A stretch of DNA of 64,000 bases from an uncultured Verrucomicrobiae bacterium. Its GTDB lineage: Bacteria > Verrucomicrobiota > Verrucomicrobiia > Limisphaerales > Palsa-1400. Location of the stretch: contig OY969763.1 in assembly GCA_963702845.1 (NCBI GenBank), forward strand, positions 3,296,001-3,360,000, in the 5' to 3' direction. The position numbers were made by a program, and so were the translations under genes. Each line of letters starts with the position of its first letter. Positions within the stretch are counted from its first letter, which is position 1. Positions 1 to 9,894 of this stretch are shown here, piece by piece. Under the pieces are notes generated by a model. It was not told where the DNA came from. It ran no database searches and saw nothing but the letters and a program-made list of their open reading frames with translations.

Positions 1-174
1 GATCAGCGACAAGCTGCGACGGTCACTATGCAAGCGAGTGTATTGCTGGATAAAATCGAATTCGGAAAGACCTTTGAAATCTGCCATCGCGGCAATTTCA
101 GGTTCTGACAAACGAACATTGCCCGGCCATCGACAGCAGGCAGTGCAACGTTGGCATTCGTAGAAGATGCCCAT
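1..174 (-). CDS. YkgJ-family cysteine-cluster protein (3' end runs off the window)
   Basis: Not in ORF track. Own translation from ATG at 174: MGIFYECQRCTACCRWPGNVRLSEPEIAAMADFKGLSEFDFIQQYTRL..., with the CxxCxxCC motif typical of YkgJ. Confidence 0.85.
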   Translation of the reverse strand, partial: MGIFYECQRCTACCRWPGNVRLSEPEIAAMADFKGLSEFDFIQQYTRLHSDRRSLSLI

Positions 175-181
175 GGGAAAA

Positions 182-275
182 AAGTACCAAGCTCCAACAT
201 CCAAGGTCCAGAGAAACTTCAAGCAACAAACTTCAAGCTCCGAACCCACCTTCGGAGCTTGGGATTTGGAGCTTA
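182..275. repeat. Palindromic heptamer-repeat element (AAGCTCC/AAACTTC-type units with inverted arm GGAGCTT GGGATTT GGAGCTT)
   Basis: Units aagtacc aagctcc aacatcc aaggtcc agagaaacttc aagcaac aaacttc aagctcc, then an inverted arm. Lies right after the jag stop. Same family as 2815-2935. Confidence 0.8.
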
Positions 276-725
276 TTAATGCTTCGGCCGAAGCAGAATC
301 GCCTTCTTATTCGTCCCTTCAACTTCAACACTGCTCGCTTCAATCCCCGGAGCATCTTTCAATGCAGCATAGATAATGCGACGATCAAATGCGCTCATCG
401 GTTCCAGCTCAACCACATCACCCCATCGGCGGACTTTTTCCGCGGCAGCCTGGGCCTTCTGCACGAGCGTGTCGCGGGCTTTGGCACGATAGCCACCAAC
501 GTCAACCGTGACCTTCGGAACGGTCTGGTCCTGCTGGAACAAGATGCGGTTGATCAAATACTGCAGGTCAGAAAGCGTTTGGCCCTGGCGCCCGATAAGG
601 CGGCCGGAGTCCTCGGTTTTGACGTCGAGAAAAATGCCGTCTTCGAGCTGATGTTCTTCAACGGCGGCTTCAAAGCCGAGCTCTTTTAAGAGCCGTTCCA
701 AAGTTGCTTTTGCTGGAGCTGGCAT
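276..725 (-). CDS. jag: Jag/KhpB (EloR) RNA-binding protein, KH + R3H-like domains, no Jag_N
   Basis: LIGRQGQTL KH motif; LEPMSAFDRRIIY R3H-like region; downstream of yidC. Confidence 0.9.
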   Translation of the reverse strand: MPAPAKATLERLLKELGFEAAVEEHQLEDGIFLDVKTEDSGRLIGRQGQTLSDLQYLINRILFQQDQTVPKVTVDVGGYRAKARDTLVQKAQAAAEKVRRWGDVVELEPMSAFDRRIIYAALKDAPGIEASSVEVEGTNKKAILLRPKH

Positions 726-784
726 ATATGCAGTGTTCTTAAGCAGTCGCGAATATAGCGACTACTATCCTGACGTCAATCAGC

Positions 785-2534
785 CTATTTCCTCTTCCTC
801 GGCGCCATCGGAGCAGTCGCGGCAGCGGTGGGCGGTTCGGTGGCTTTCGTGAGTTTCGTTTGGGCGATGGTCAACAGATTGTTGATCGTCCAATAAAGCG
901 TCAAACCGGCCGACATCTTGTAAAGGATGAACATGAACATCAGTGGCATGTAGCGCATGATCTTCTGTTGCGACGGATCCATGCCCGGCGATGGCGGGGT
1001 GAGGTGCGATTGCCAAAGCATGGTGACACCCATAATGAGCGGCATGATGTTGAGCGGCCAACCGGCAATCCAGGCGACAGTGTCCGGCTGAGACAAATCG
1101 CAGGCCCAAAGGAAAGGAACGCCGCGCAATTCAATGGCGGTGCGCAACATGCCGTAAAACCCGATAAATACCGGAACCTGCAGCAGCATCGGCAAGCACC
1201 CACCGAGCGGATTGACGCGGTGCTCTTTATAGAACTCCATCGTCTTCTGGTTCTTTTTGACCGCGTCGTCTTTGTATTTATCCTGGATGACTTTTATTTG
1301 CGGCATCAGCGTTTGCATACGCTTGGCTGATTTGGTGCTCGCGTGAGTCAAGGGCCAGAAGAGCGTTTTGATGATGACGGTGATGGCGATAATGCACAGA
1401 CCATAGCTTAAGCCGATCGCATGTAAGCCGTTCATCGAAAGCAACAGCAACTTGGAGAAAAATCCAAAAAAGCCGAAACCCATCGCCTGATCGAGGTTGT
1501 TATTAAATTTTTCGCCGTATTGCGCGAGACGGTTGTATTCCTTGGGACCAGCGTAAAATGTATAACTGCGCTCGATACTTGCATTGGCCGCAAGATTCGT
1601 CGGCGCATAGAACAAAGTCGTTTCGAATCCGTTGTTGATAGCCGATGCCACGGTGTTAGTCGTCTTCGTGCGCGGCAATTCGTACCTGTGGATTCTCACA
1701 TGAAGCGCCGGGTGATCTGGAATCGCCGCCAGAGTGAAGAACTGATTGTGAACCGCGGTCCAGTAGACGTTACCAGCGCCGTTTTCGTAATCGGTGCGGG
1801 GTGTGCCGGGAATGCAACCCAAGGTGCGGTTTGCAAAATATGAATCGGTGACCTCTTCCGCTTTCTTGCCGTTGTACCAGAATACGCCCACGGTGTCTGG
1901 GATCATCGGTGGAAGCCATTGGTGTCGCGGTGCCGACGGTGACCTGGCTTTCAGGCAGAAGTATCGCTGCTCCTTTGGTGTTCTCGATGCGCAGCTTCGC
2001 AGTGAACAGATAATTCGATAACATTTCGAACTGCTTCGTAATGCGCAGGCCATTTGCCAGGATTTGTTCGGCAACGACGGAATTACCGCGTTGTGAAAGC
2101 GTGTAGTTGTTGTCGCCGGTAATCGCCTCAGCGCCGGAGATTTCAAGCACCGGCGAACGGGCGCGGGTATTGAGGCTCGCCATATTCGTTTCCGCAGGAA
2201 CGTCCCGTGCACACGCAATCGCGGCGGGATAATCGAGCATCTCAATCAAGCTGATGCCACCGCCGCGACTTGTGAAGTGCCAGACCAAGCTGTTGTTCGT
2301 GATCGTCAACGTTTTCTCAGGACCGGAAGGTGTCGGAGTTGTCGACGTTGACGTCGCGGACGTGGTTGTTGCAGCGTTTGAACTCGCCGTGGTCGCGTTC
2401 GTGACTGAGGCAACTTCGTTGGTCATCATTCCCGGTTTACGTGGCACTGGCGGAAAAAGTTTGTCCACCAAAGGCGACAACAGAAACAGCAGCCCAATGG
2501 CGACAACGAGTATAGTGAGAGATTTACGATCCAT
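785..2534 (-). CDS. yidC: Membrane protein insertase YidC (one frameshift near 1900)
   Basis: N-term MDRKSL + TM, FTSRGG, YAGPK, VNPLGGCLPMLLQVPVFIGFY, AGLTLYW. Two ORFs join at a GGG run at about 1899-1901. Confidence 0.95.
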
Positions 2535-2536
2535 GA

Positions 2537-2938
2537 TTAGGCTGCTGACGTTTTGGAATTTGGAAAATTGAGAGCAGGAGCCGTCGGGTGCGGGACCGGA
2601 TCCTCGCCGCTTCCACCCCACGGGTGACAACGGCAGACGCGTTTTGTGGCAAGCCAGCTTCCACGGATTGCGCCGTGCGTTTGCACAGCTTCACGCGCGT
2701 AACACGAGCAGGTCGGTGTGTAGCGGCAACCGGCGGTCGGGCCAAAGAGTGCGCCTAGCAATGGCGATACACAGATTTGGTACAACCGAATGGCTGTAAC
2801 GATTGCGACCGTTAAAACTCCAAGCACCAAACCCCAAACGCCAAAGAAGCACCAAGCCCCAAACTTCAAAACTCCCGAAATGGGAGCTTGGCATTTGGTG
2901 CTTCTCTGAAGTTTGAAATTTGAAGTTTGAGGCTTCAT
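2537..2938 (-). CDS. yidD: Membrane protein insertion efficiency factor YidD with a repeat-derived N-terminal extension
   Basis: [35 protein letters not shown] motifs. ATG overlaps the rnpA stop (ATGA at 2935-2938). Confidence 0.9.
   Translation of the reverse strand: MKPQTSNFKLQRSTKCQAPISGVLKFGAWCFFGVWGLVLGVLTVAIVTAIRLYQICVSPLLGALFGPTAGCRYTPTCSCYAREAVQTHGAIRGSWLATKRVCRCHPWGGSGEDPVPHPTAPALNFPNSKTSAA
2815..2935. repeat. Palindromic heptamer-repeat element inside the 5' end of yidD
   Basis: Left arm aaactcc aagcacc aaacccc aaacgcc aaagaagcacc aagcccc aaacttc; right arm ggagctt ggcattt ggtgcttctct gaagttt gaaattt gaagttt gaggctt. Confidence 0.85.
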
Positions 2939-3306
2939 GTTTTCAAGAGTTCCGACTGTCCCAGTGCCTTGAGAAAATCTCGTTCCACGTCGGCAAATTT
3001 CTTGCCGACAATCGAGGCACGAGCCACCAACACTACATCCACTGGACGCCCCAATTCATGCTGGTGCAACCGGAAAGTCTCCCGCAGGAGCCGGCGGGCG
3101 CGACTGCGAACAACTGCGTCGCCGATCTTGCGACTGGTTATCACCCCCACCCTGCTCCCGGCGCCTGGTGGACGATCGGCGATGTTTAGGATCAAGCATC
3201 CTGATGTGAAACGCTGGCCTTTGGCACGAGTGCGGGCGAAGTCGCCGGTACTTTTAATGCGACTCGAACGCTGCAATCGCAGCCGGGCCGATGGCGTCTC
3301 AGGCAT
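2935..3306 (-). CDS. rnpA: Ribonuclease P protein component
   Basis: [25 protein letters not shown] (RNR-motif variant); lies between rpmH and yidD. Confidence 0.95.
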   Translation of the reverse strand: MPETPSARLRLQRSSRIKSTGDFARTRAKGQRFTSGCLILNIADRPPGAGSRVGVITSRKIGDAVVRSRARRLLRETFRLHQHELGRPVDVVLVARASIVGKKFADVERDFLKALGQSELLKT

Positions 3307-3309
3307 CGG

Positions 3310-3447
3310 TTATACCGGTGTGAGGCGCTTGCGTCCGACGCGGCGGCGATTAGCCAAGGTGGCCTTGCCACTCTTGCTCGAATTACGATTCAGAAAGCCG
3401 TGCTGCCGCTTGCGGCGAATCTTGGACGGTTGATATTGACGTTTCAT
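3310..3447 (-). CDS. rpmH: 50S ribosomal protein L34
   Basis: Not in ORF track. Own translation: [45 protein letters not shown]. Confidence 0.97.
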   Translation of the reverse strand: MKRQYQPSKIRRKRQHGFLNRNSSKSGKATLANRRRVGRKRLTPV

Positions 3448-3556
3448 TGTTCCTCTAAATTAAGAGGTGAGAAGATAGCGGCGGAAGTCGGGGTGTCAAT
3501 CGTGTACATTGGATAATTGATGCTCTCAACGGGTAGTTAGCACTTTCCCGGACTCA

Positions 3557-6142
3557 TTGAAACCTCTAAACTGGCGTTTTATGCCCTGTTGTGCCCGTTT
3601 GCTCGCCTGCTTAGTTCTCTCCTGCTGCTTCAACGTTTGTGCCCAAATCAGCAAAGGACATCAGCTCCTCATCAATCGCGGTTTCCAGGTGGCAGGAAAT
3701 GTCTCGCCAACGGACCCGTTTCACTTGAACACGTTCTCGAATGCGAACTACACCACGATGTTTTGGATGTGGACCTCAGTTCCATTTGAGATGGGATCGG
3801 CTCCCGGTTTTCCGTGGGCCAGTTGGATCGGTGGCGAAGACCAAATGCCGCCGCGCGACGGCGAGAGCCCTTACCTCAGCCAACTGGTCATGCTCCAACT
3901 CGGCGACGAATGGGAATTGAACAATGACGCCACGCGGACGCAATTGGTAAATTGGTTCACTGACGTGCAGAGCAATTTGCCGAATGTCATTCTGTTCCAT
4001 AATAACTATGGCGGTCAGGTCGGTGACTCGCAGTTGTACGATTTCTATTCGCGCGCGCACCCGGACATATTGTCCTTCGACAGTTATCCGTTTCACGGCG
4101 ATGGAAGCGGCAGTGTCAGCGAGACGTTGATGAACTGGTATGGCGACTTACGACGTTATCGCCAACACGCCTGGGGCGCCGGGATTCCTCTGAGCACCTA
4201 TATGCAAACATTCCAGTCGTTTGGCGAGGGTGACGCCGCGCCGTCGAAATCACAACTGCGTTTGCAACATTTCGCGGCGATGGCGTTCAATTGCAAATCA
4301 CTGATTGATTTCACTTACAACTCAAGCGCATCGGCTCTGTTTACAAACAGCGCAGGTGGCGATAATGCGCCGAACGCATTGTATTACGAAAAGGCCGATT
4401 GTGCGTTGCGCGCCCGGAACTTCGGCAAAACGCTCGTTCGACTGACGCCAGTGCCCGACGTTTCTTTTCCCGATTTGCGCACGACCAGCATGTTGTTTAT
4501 TCGCGGCAGAAGCCCGAATGGCTCGCTGCACGGCTTTCCAATTGGCTTTTACGCCGGAAGCGGTGGCGGCGATGTGAACACCGATTGGGCGTATCAGCGC
4601 AATGATCCGTATCTCACTGGCTGGAACGTTACAAATATCGGCACGAAGAACAATGGTTACCTCGGCGACGTGATTATGTCGTGGTTCAAACCGTTGGATG
4701 AGAGTTTCGATGGACCGAATTACACGAACGAGGTCTACATGATGGTCGTGAACGGGCTGAGTGATCCGACTGGAGACGGACCCGATTGCATGCAGCAAAT
4801 CACGCTGAACTTTAACTCGTCGCTCATGGCCATCGAGATGATGAATCCGTTGACGGGATTGGCCGAAGCGAAGACGTTGCCCTTGACCAACGGTGTTCGC
4901 CAACTCGTGTTGAATCTCAATGGCGGTGATGCGGTGTTGTTCAAGTTCTCCGATGGCGCGCCGTTTATTGGATCACAATTAACGGGACCACCGGTGATTA
5001 GTTCGTTCCCCGCGAATCAGACCGCACTTTTGAATGGCTCCGTGACTTTCAATGCTCGTGCGGCTGGGGGTGCACCGTTGAGTTATCAGTGGCAACACTA
5101 TGGCACAAACATCCCCAGTGCAACGAATGCGAGTTTTGGCAGATCGGGTTTGCAGTTCGTCGATGCAGGAACTTATACGCTGATTGTCAGCAACAGTTCC
5201 GGCACGGCGAGCGCGTCGGCCACATTGACGGTTGCGACGAGCGCGCCGTTTTTCTATGAGCCATTTAACTACTCGAACATCGGCTCGCCGGTCAGTGCCA
5301 ACACTCCCGCGAATTGGGTATCCGGCGGCACTGGAACCAATGACTTGATGGTTGTGCCGGGCAGTCTGTCTTATGCGCCACTTCAGACGTCCGTTGGAAA
5401 CAGCGTCACCAACGGCGGGCTTGGAGTTGGCGTACGTCGACTGATTGGCACGAATATCAGCAGCGGCATCTCCTACGTATCCGCTTTGTTTCGCATCAAT
5501 GATCTTGGCTATGGCACTTGGACCGGCACGGGGGCGCAGGTCGGTGCATTGACTGCTACGGATAGTAGCAACTTCCGTTTACAGTTTATGGTAAAGAGCA
5601 ATTCGGCCTCGAGCTATGTCCTCGGCCTACAAAAAGGCGGCACCGGCAGCGCGGCCGTTTATGGCACGAACGAATATCACGTCGGCGACACTGTGCTGCT
5701 CGTCGGCGCATACGATTTCACCGTCTCACCGAACCTTGTTTCGATGTGGATCAATCCTGATCCGACAACGCTCGGCGCGAGTTCGGCTCCGACGCCTGTG
5801 CTGACGACATCGGCCGGCACTGACGGCTTTGTCATCGACCGTTTTAATATTCGCCAAAATACAGCGGCGAGCGTTCCTGCTGCGATGCAGTGGGACGAAC
5901 TGCGCGTCGGCAACACATGGCTCGATGTCACGCCGCCGCGGCCACAGCCGCGATTCACCCAAGCGACGGCGCTCGGAGGTCAGTTGCACCTGCAGGCGCT
6001 CGGTGACAACGGCAACATGACGCTACAATCAAGTAGTAACTTTGTCAACTGGATTGACGTTACTACCATTTCAGGGAATCTCGACTATAGCGAGAACACC
6101 GCGAATACGCCGCGATTCTATCGGCTCAAGTTAGCGCCATAG
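3557..6142 (+). CDS. Secreted multidomain protein: unknown N-terminal domain (possibly glycoside-hydrolase-like), Ig domain, C-terminal RFYRL domain
   Basis: Signal-peptide-like N-term; Ig signature PVISSFP...PLSYQW...DAGTYTLIVSNSSG; C-term PRFYRLKLAP. Start may be ATG 3581. Confidence 0.75.
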   Translation: MKPLNWRFMPCCARLLACLVLSCCFNVCAQISKGHQLLINRGFQVAGNVSPTDPFHLNTFSNANYTTMFWMWTSVPFEMGSAPGFPWASWIGGEDQMPPRDGESPYLSQLVMLQLGDEWELNNDATRTQLVNWFTDVQSNLPNVILFHNNYGGQVGDSQLYDFYSRAHPDILSFDSYPFHGDGSGSVSETLMNWYGDLRRYRQHAWGAGIPLSTYMQTFQSFGEGDAAPSKSQLRLQHFAAMAFNCKSLIDFTYNSSASALFTNSAGGDNAPNALYYEKADCALRARNFGKTLVRLTPVPDVSFPDLRTTSMLFIRGRSPNGSLHGFPIGFYAGSGGGDVNTDWAYQRNDPYLTGWNVTNIGTKNNGYLGDVIMSWFKPLDESFDGPNYTNEVYMMVVNGLSDPTGDGPDCMQQITLNFNSSLMAIEMMNPLTGLAEAKTLPLTNGVRQLVLNLNGGDAVLFKFSDGAPFIGSQLTGPPVISSFPANQTALLNGSVTFNARAAGGAPLSYQWQHYGTNIPSATNASFGRSGLQFVDAGTYTLIVSNSSGTASASATLTVATSAPFFYEPFNYSNIGSPVSANTPANWVSGGTGTNDLMVVPGSLSYAPLQTSVGNSVTNGGLGVGVRRLIGTNISSGISYVSALFRINDLGYGTWTGTGAQVGALTATDSSNFRLQFMVKSNSASSYVLGLQKGGTGSAAVYGTNEYHVGDTVLLVGAYDFTVSPNLVSMWINPDPTTLGASSAPTPVLTTSAGTDGFVIDRFNIRQNTAASVPAAMQWDELRVGNTWLDVTPPRPQPRFTQATALGGQLHLQALGDNGNMTLQSSSNFVNWIDVTTISGNLDYSENTANTPRFYRLKLAP

Positions 6143-6164
6143 ATTGGCAGCTAAAAGCAGACTT

Positions 6165-7262
6165 TTAACGTCTCCGCGAGTCCGCCATTGGAACTGTCCT
6201 TAATCCGCCAGCGTCTGAAATCCAAAGTGCGGTCTTTCCGCTATAGGGTGCGGGATTACCCTTCGCATCCAATTGCGGCATAGCGACAGTGGCAAATGCG
6301 GTTATGCCCTGCCCTTCGGCCAAGAATGTCCAATGCTCGCCGGTGTCAATAGCCGGCGCCGGAAACCTTTTTTGCCAGGACTCTTTTAGCTCGTAAATCC
6401 CTGCACCCCGGAAGCTCGCGACCAATTTATTGGAACTCGTAACAGCAATCGTTTCGCAGATGCCAGGCGTGTTAACCGTCGAAATAGTTTTTGATGTAAC
6501 TTTAACTAATCCGCCAGAAGTCGTTTGCACATATACGGCATCGCCGACCGATGCCGCACGTTCAGAAACGAACTTGGTATCCACGTTTGTTATCGTCCTC
6601 CAATTGCCATCGTGCAAAACCTGGATCGCATCACCTTCGCCAGCACGATAACGAATGACGTATGAAATATCGTTACCCAATGGAGCTACTCTGAACACAT
6701 CTGGTGGGCCGAAATGGTTTTTATCAACTGGTGAAGGTTGTTCAACCCAACCGGCCAGATCATCGCGAACAGTCCACTGCCATACACCTCCAGCACCCTC
6801 CAACCAGAAATCTCGAATTCCCGAAACCCCACGAAATCCTTCCAGCACATCGCCACTGGTGATGTATGGTTTGCCTTTTGGCGAAGGGATTTGAGTGCTT
6901 CGCCAGTTGGTTCCATCAAATCGAATAAACTGGTCAGCACGCCATATCCAAAGCATTTGATGTGCTTTATCAAGAAACGGGCCTTCCACGTCACTATCTA
7001 ACCGATCGAACTGTAAGAGTTGTGTAAGCTGGCCATTCTTGAATTCTAAAAGGCCGAAATTACATCCGGCATATAATTTCCCGCGGTAAAATTCCAAACC
7101 ATTGTAACCGAAGCCGGCATATCTGGGCAGCGACTTAATACATCGTGCTACGTCGCTGGCTGGGACAACCTGCGGTCTTAGAATGCCTGCCGCATCGACC
7201 GCTTGAGCGGCCAAGACGATACAAACGCAACTCAGATACCAAAGCCCGCTCCGCATGATCAC
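6165..7262 (-). CDS. Hypothetical secreted protein, probable beta-propeller
   Basis: 365-aa ORF with a signal-like N-term and repeated beta-strand/W motifs (FDGTNW, HDGNW). Start overlaps the thrS stop. Confidence 0.6.
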   Translation of the reverse strand: MIMRSGLWYLSCVCIVLAAQAVDAAGILRPQVVPASDVARCIKSLPRYAGFGYNGLEFYRGKLYAGCNFGLLEFKNGQLTQLLQFDRLDSDVEGPFLDKAHQMLWIWRADQFIRFDGTNWRSTQIPSPKGKPYITSGDVLEGFRGVSGIRDFWLEGAGGVWQWTVRDDLAGWVEQPSPVDKNHFGPPDVFRVAPLGNDISYVIRYRAGEGDAIQVLHDGNWRTITNVDTKFVSERAASVGDAVYVQTTSGGLVKVTSKTISTVNTPGICETIAVTSSNKLVASFRGAGIYELKESWQKRFPAPAIDTGEHWTFLAEGQGITAFATVAMPQLDAKGNPAPYSGKTALWISDAGGLRTVPMADSRRR

Positions 7263-9352
7263 GCTCGCCGTTCCTTAATCGCCTTCAAGATTTCAGCGAT
7301 AACGTCGCCCTTTGGTTTCGCGCCGACGTTGCCTTTGCCGTGGAGGCGGACGCTGACGGCGCCGGCATCCATATCGCGCCCACCGATGACGAGCATGGTG
7401 TGGACTTTGGATTCTTCGGCACGCAGGATTTTGCCGTTGACCTTGTCGGTGCCAAAATCGCTATCGCAACGGACCATGTTGGCGCGCAATTCCTTTACGA
7501 TTTCTTTGGCGTAGGCGACGAGCTTTTCATCGTCGCCGATAGTAATGACGCGGACTTGTTCGGGCGCGAGCCACAATGGGAAATTGCCGGCGTAGTGCTC
7601 GATGAGGAAGCCGATGAAACGTTCGTGCGTGCCGAGCGGGGCGCGGTGGATGCACAAGGGTGTTTTGTCGGTGTTGTCTTTGTCGCGATAGGTCAGGCCG
7701 AATTTCGCGGGGACGGCAAAGTCGACCTGGTTCGTGGCAAGAGTGAATTCGCGGCCAATGACGCTCCAAACTTGCACGTCGATTTTCGGGCCGTAAAAGG
7801 CGGCTTCGTTCGGCACTTCGATGAAATTGATTTTGGAATCGATCAGAACCTTGCGAACCATGTCTTCAGTTTTTTTCCAAAGCTCGGGTTCGTTGACGTA
7901 TTTCTTGCCGAGACCTTCGGGCGACGATGTGCTGAAGCGCATAACGTATTTATCGATGCCGAAGATTTTAAAATACTTCAGATACATCTCGTTCACCGCG
8001 TTGAACTCGTCGGAGAATTGTTCTTCGGTGCAATAGATGTGGGCGTCGTTCATGTTCATTGAACGCACGCGCATGAGGCCGAAGAGTTCGCCGGATTGTT
8101 CGTAGCGGTAGCAGGTTCCGTATTCGGCCAGGCGCAACGGGAGGTCGCGATAGCTGTGCGGTTCCGCCGCAAAGACGCGATGGTGATGCGGGCAGTTCAT
8201 GGCTTTGAGGTAATAACGCTCTACCCCACGTCCCATAGTTCCGAACAGCATGTCTAATCCCGCAAATGTTTCTAACCGCTCCAGTTTTTCCATTAACTCA
8301 TTTCCCAGTGCTTTCCCCAAGCTTCCGTCGTCAAGCTTGTCCATCAACAGCTTCTCCAACGCATCATCGTCGGAAACGTCCTCACCAAGCTTTACCTTTA
8401 TCTGATTCTTAAGTCGTAACGCCTGTTTTTCTCGATCACGCTTCATGTCGAGAGTTGAGATATTTTCGTGAGCATGCTCTCGTAATTCCATAGGTGGGAA
8501 CATCGACTCAGCGTAATACGGCAAATGACCGGAAGTTTTGTACATCACCTCCCGAGCAATGTGCGGGGTTTTGACGCGGACATAGCCGGCTTGGAATTCG
8601 GTTTCTTTGGCTAATTGTTCCAAGGCTTCGACGATTGCGCCACCTTTGGGCAACCAGAGCGGGAGACCAGGGCCGACGTATTCGGTGTCGATTTTGTAGA
8701 GGCCCATTTCTTCGCCGATCTTGCGGTGATCGCGCTTCTTGGCCTCATCAATCATTTTGAAGTAGGCCTCCATCTCCGTCTTGTTTTTGAAGGCGGTGCC
8801 GTAGATGCGTTGGAGCTGCGGATTTTTTTCGTCGCCTTTGTAGTAGGCGCTGGCGACCTGGGTCAGCTTGAACGCGCCGATATTGCCGGTGCGCATGACG
8901 TGCGGGCCGGCGCAGAGGTCGAGGAAATCGCCGTTTTTGAAATAGGAAATGGGTTCGCCTTCGGGAATGTCGGTGAGGTTGCCGAGTTTGAATTTGCTCT
9001 GATTGCCTGGGCGTTCGGCTAAACCGCCGAGGCGGCCGCTTTCGGCGTCTTTAATGGCTTGTTCGCGGGTGACGATGATTTTTTCGAAGACGTTGTTGGC
9101 TTTGATCTCTTTCTTCATCTCTTCTTCGATCTTGGCGAAGTCTTCGGGTGAGATGCGGTGCGAGAGATCGACGTCGTAGTAGAAGCCGTTTTCGACGGGT
9201 GGACCGGCGGCGAATTGGGCTTCCGGCCAGAGACGCAGGATGGCGGTGGCCATGACGTGAGCGGCCGAATGGCGGATGCGCTCGAGTTCGGACATCTTGG
9301 CGCGGTCGTCGAGCGTTTTACGCTGGGCCTCTGGTTTTTCAGCAGATTGCAT
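7259..9352 (-). CDS. thrS: Threonyl-tRNA synthetase (no TGS domain; large insertion in the catalytic domain)
   Basis: RHSAAH, DLCAGPH, RDHRKIG, MNCPHH, YRYEQSGEL.GLMRVR, AFYGPKID, IHRAPLGTHERF. Confidence 0.98.
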   Translation of the reverse strand: MQSAEKPEAQRKTLDDRAKMSELERIRHSAAHVMATAILRLWPEAQFAAGPPVENGFYYDVDLSHRISPEDFAKIEEEMKKEIKANNVFEKIIVTREQAIKDAESGRLGGLAERPGNQSKFKLGNLTDIPEGEPISYFKNGDFLDLCAGPHVMRTGNIGAFKLTQVASAYYKGDEKNPQLQRIYGTAFKNKTEMEAYFKMIDEAKKRDHRKIGEEMGLYKIDTEYVGPGLPLWLPKGGAIVEALEQLAKETEFQAGYVRVKTPHIAREVMYKTSGHLPYYAESMFPPMELREHAHENISTLDMKRDREKQALRLKNQIKVKLGEDVSDDDALEKLLMDKLDDGSLGKALGNELMEKLERLETFAGLDMLFGTMGRGVERYYLKAMNCPHHHRVFAAEPHSYRDLPLRLAEYGTCYRYEQSGELFGLMRVRSMNMNDAHIYCTEEQFSDEFNAVNEMYLKYFKIFGIDKYVMRFSTSSPEGLGKKYVNEPELWKKTEDMVRKVLIDSKINFIEVPNEAAFYGPKIDVQVWSVIGREFTLATNQVDFAVPAKFGLTYRDKDNTDKTPLCIHRAPLGTHERFIGFLIEHYAGNFPLWLAPEQVRVITIGDDEKLVAYAKEIVKELRANMVRCDSDFGTDKVNGKILRAEESKVHTMLVIGGRDMDAGAVSVRLHGKGNVGAKPKGDVIAEILKAIKERRA

Positions 9353-9440
9353 CGGTGCAGTGTAATGGTGGTTTGCTGGAGATAAACTGAAAATTTTTGA
9401 CCCGGAGTTCACGGGGTCGTGAAAAATATTTTTTATTTTT

Positions 9441-9606
9441 TGGCGTTATGAGCCGTTATGAAGCGTTATGGAGCGCAATGAAGCGTTACGATGAAACGGC
9501 GCGTTTCGCAACTTCGTGCCCAGCCATGCGTAATCGAAAACCGAAAAAAGGATTCTTTTTTTGGTGTCCGCAGATTTCGCCGGGTATCCGCAGATGTCCG
9601 GAGATG
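9441..9606. repeat. Two short tandem arrays with a 10-bp period
   Basis: 9441-9490 tggcgttatg agccgttatg aagcgttatg gagcgcaatg aagcgttacg; 9561-9606 ttggtgtccg cagatttcgc cgggtatccg cagatgtccg gagatg. Confidence 0.75.
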
Positions 9607-9848
9607 GGAAAGACTGAATGATGCAGCGCAAAAATAAAGGATTCCTTTTTGAGGGTTGGTTTAAGAAGTTTGACATGGGGCCGATAGGACTGATGAGACC
9701 GACAGACCTGCCAAGATTGATTCAACTTTTCGATGTTCATGATGGCCAATGTAGCAAAGTCACTTGGACAAAGGCTGTCCAAGTGAAAATTCTTCTTTCG
9801 CCCGCATTGATAAAACATTGGGCGCCGTGGAAGGCGTCCTTACCAAAT

Positions 9849-9874
9849 AAAAAAGACCGCCTCGAGGGCGGTCT
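9849..9874 (-). terminator. Intrinsic terminator of the Crp/Fnr gene
   Basis: Minus strand AGACCGCC-ctcga-GGCGGTCT followed by a T run, about 20 nt after the stop. Confidence 0.75.
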
Positions 9875-9894
9875 GATGGTTCTAATGGAAGGAC

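Noticed and set aside
8222..8482. ThrS insertion as an intein or intron
   Set aside because: No N-terminal Cys/Ser block, no C-terminal HN followed by C/S/T, no endonuclease motif, and the frame is open throughout.
9441..9606. Short tandem arrays as CRISPR
   Set aside because: Units are 10 bp, contiguous, without spacers; no cas genes in the window.
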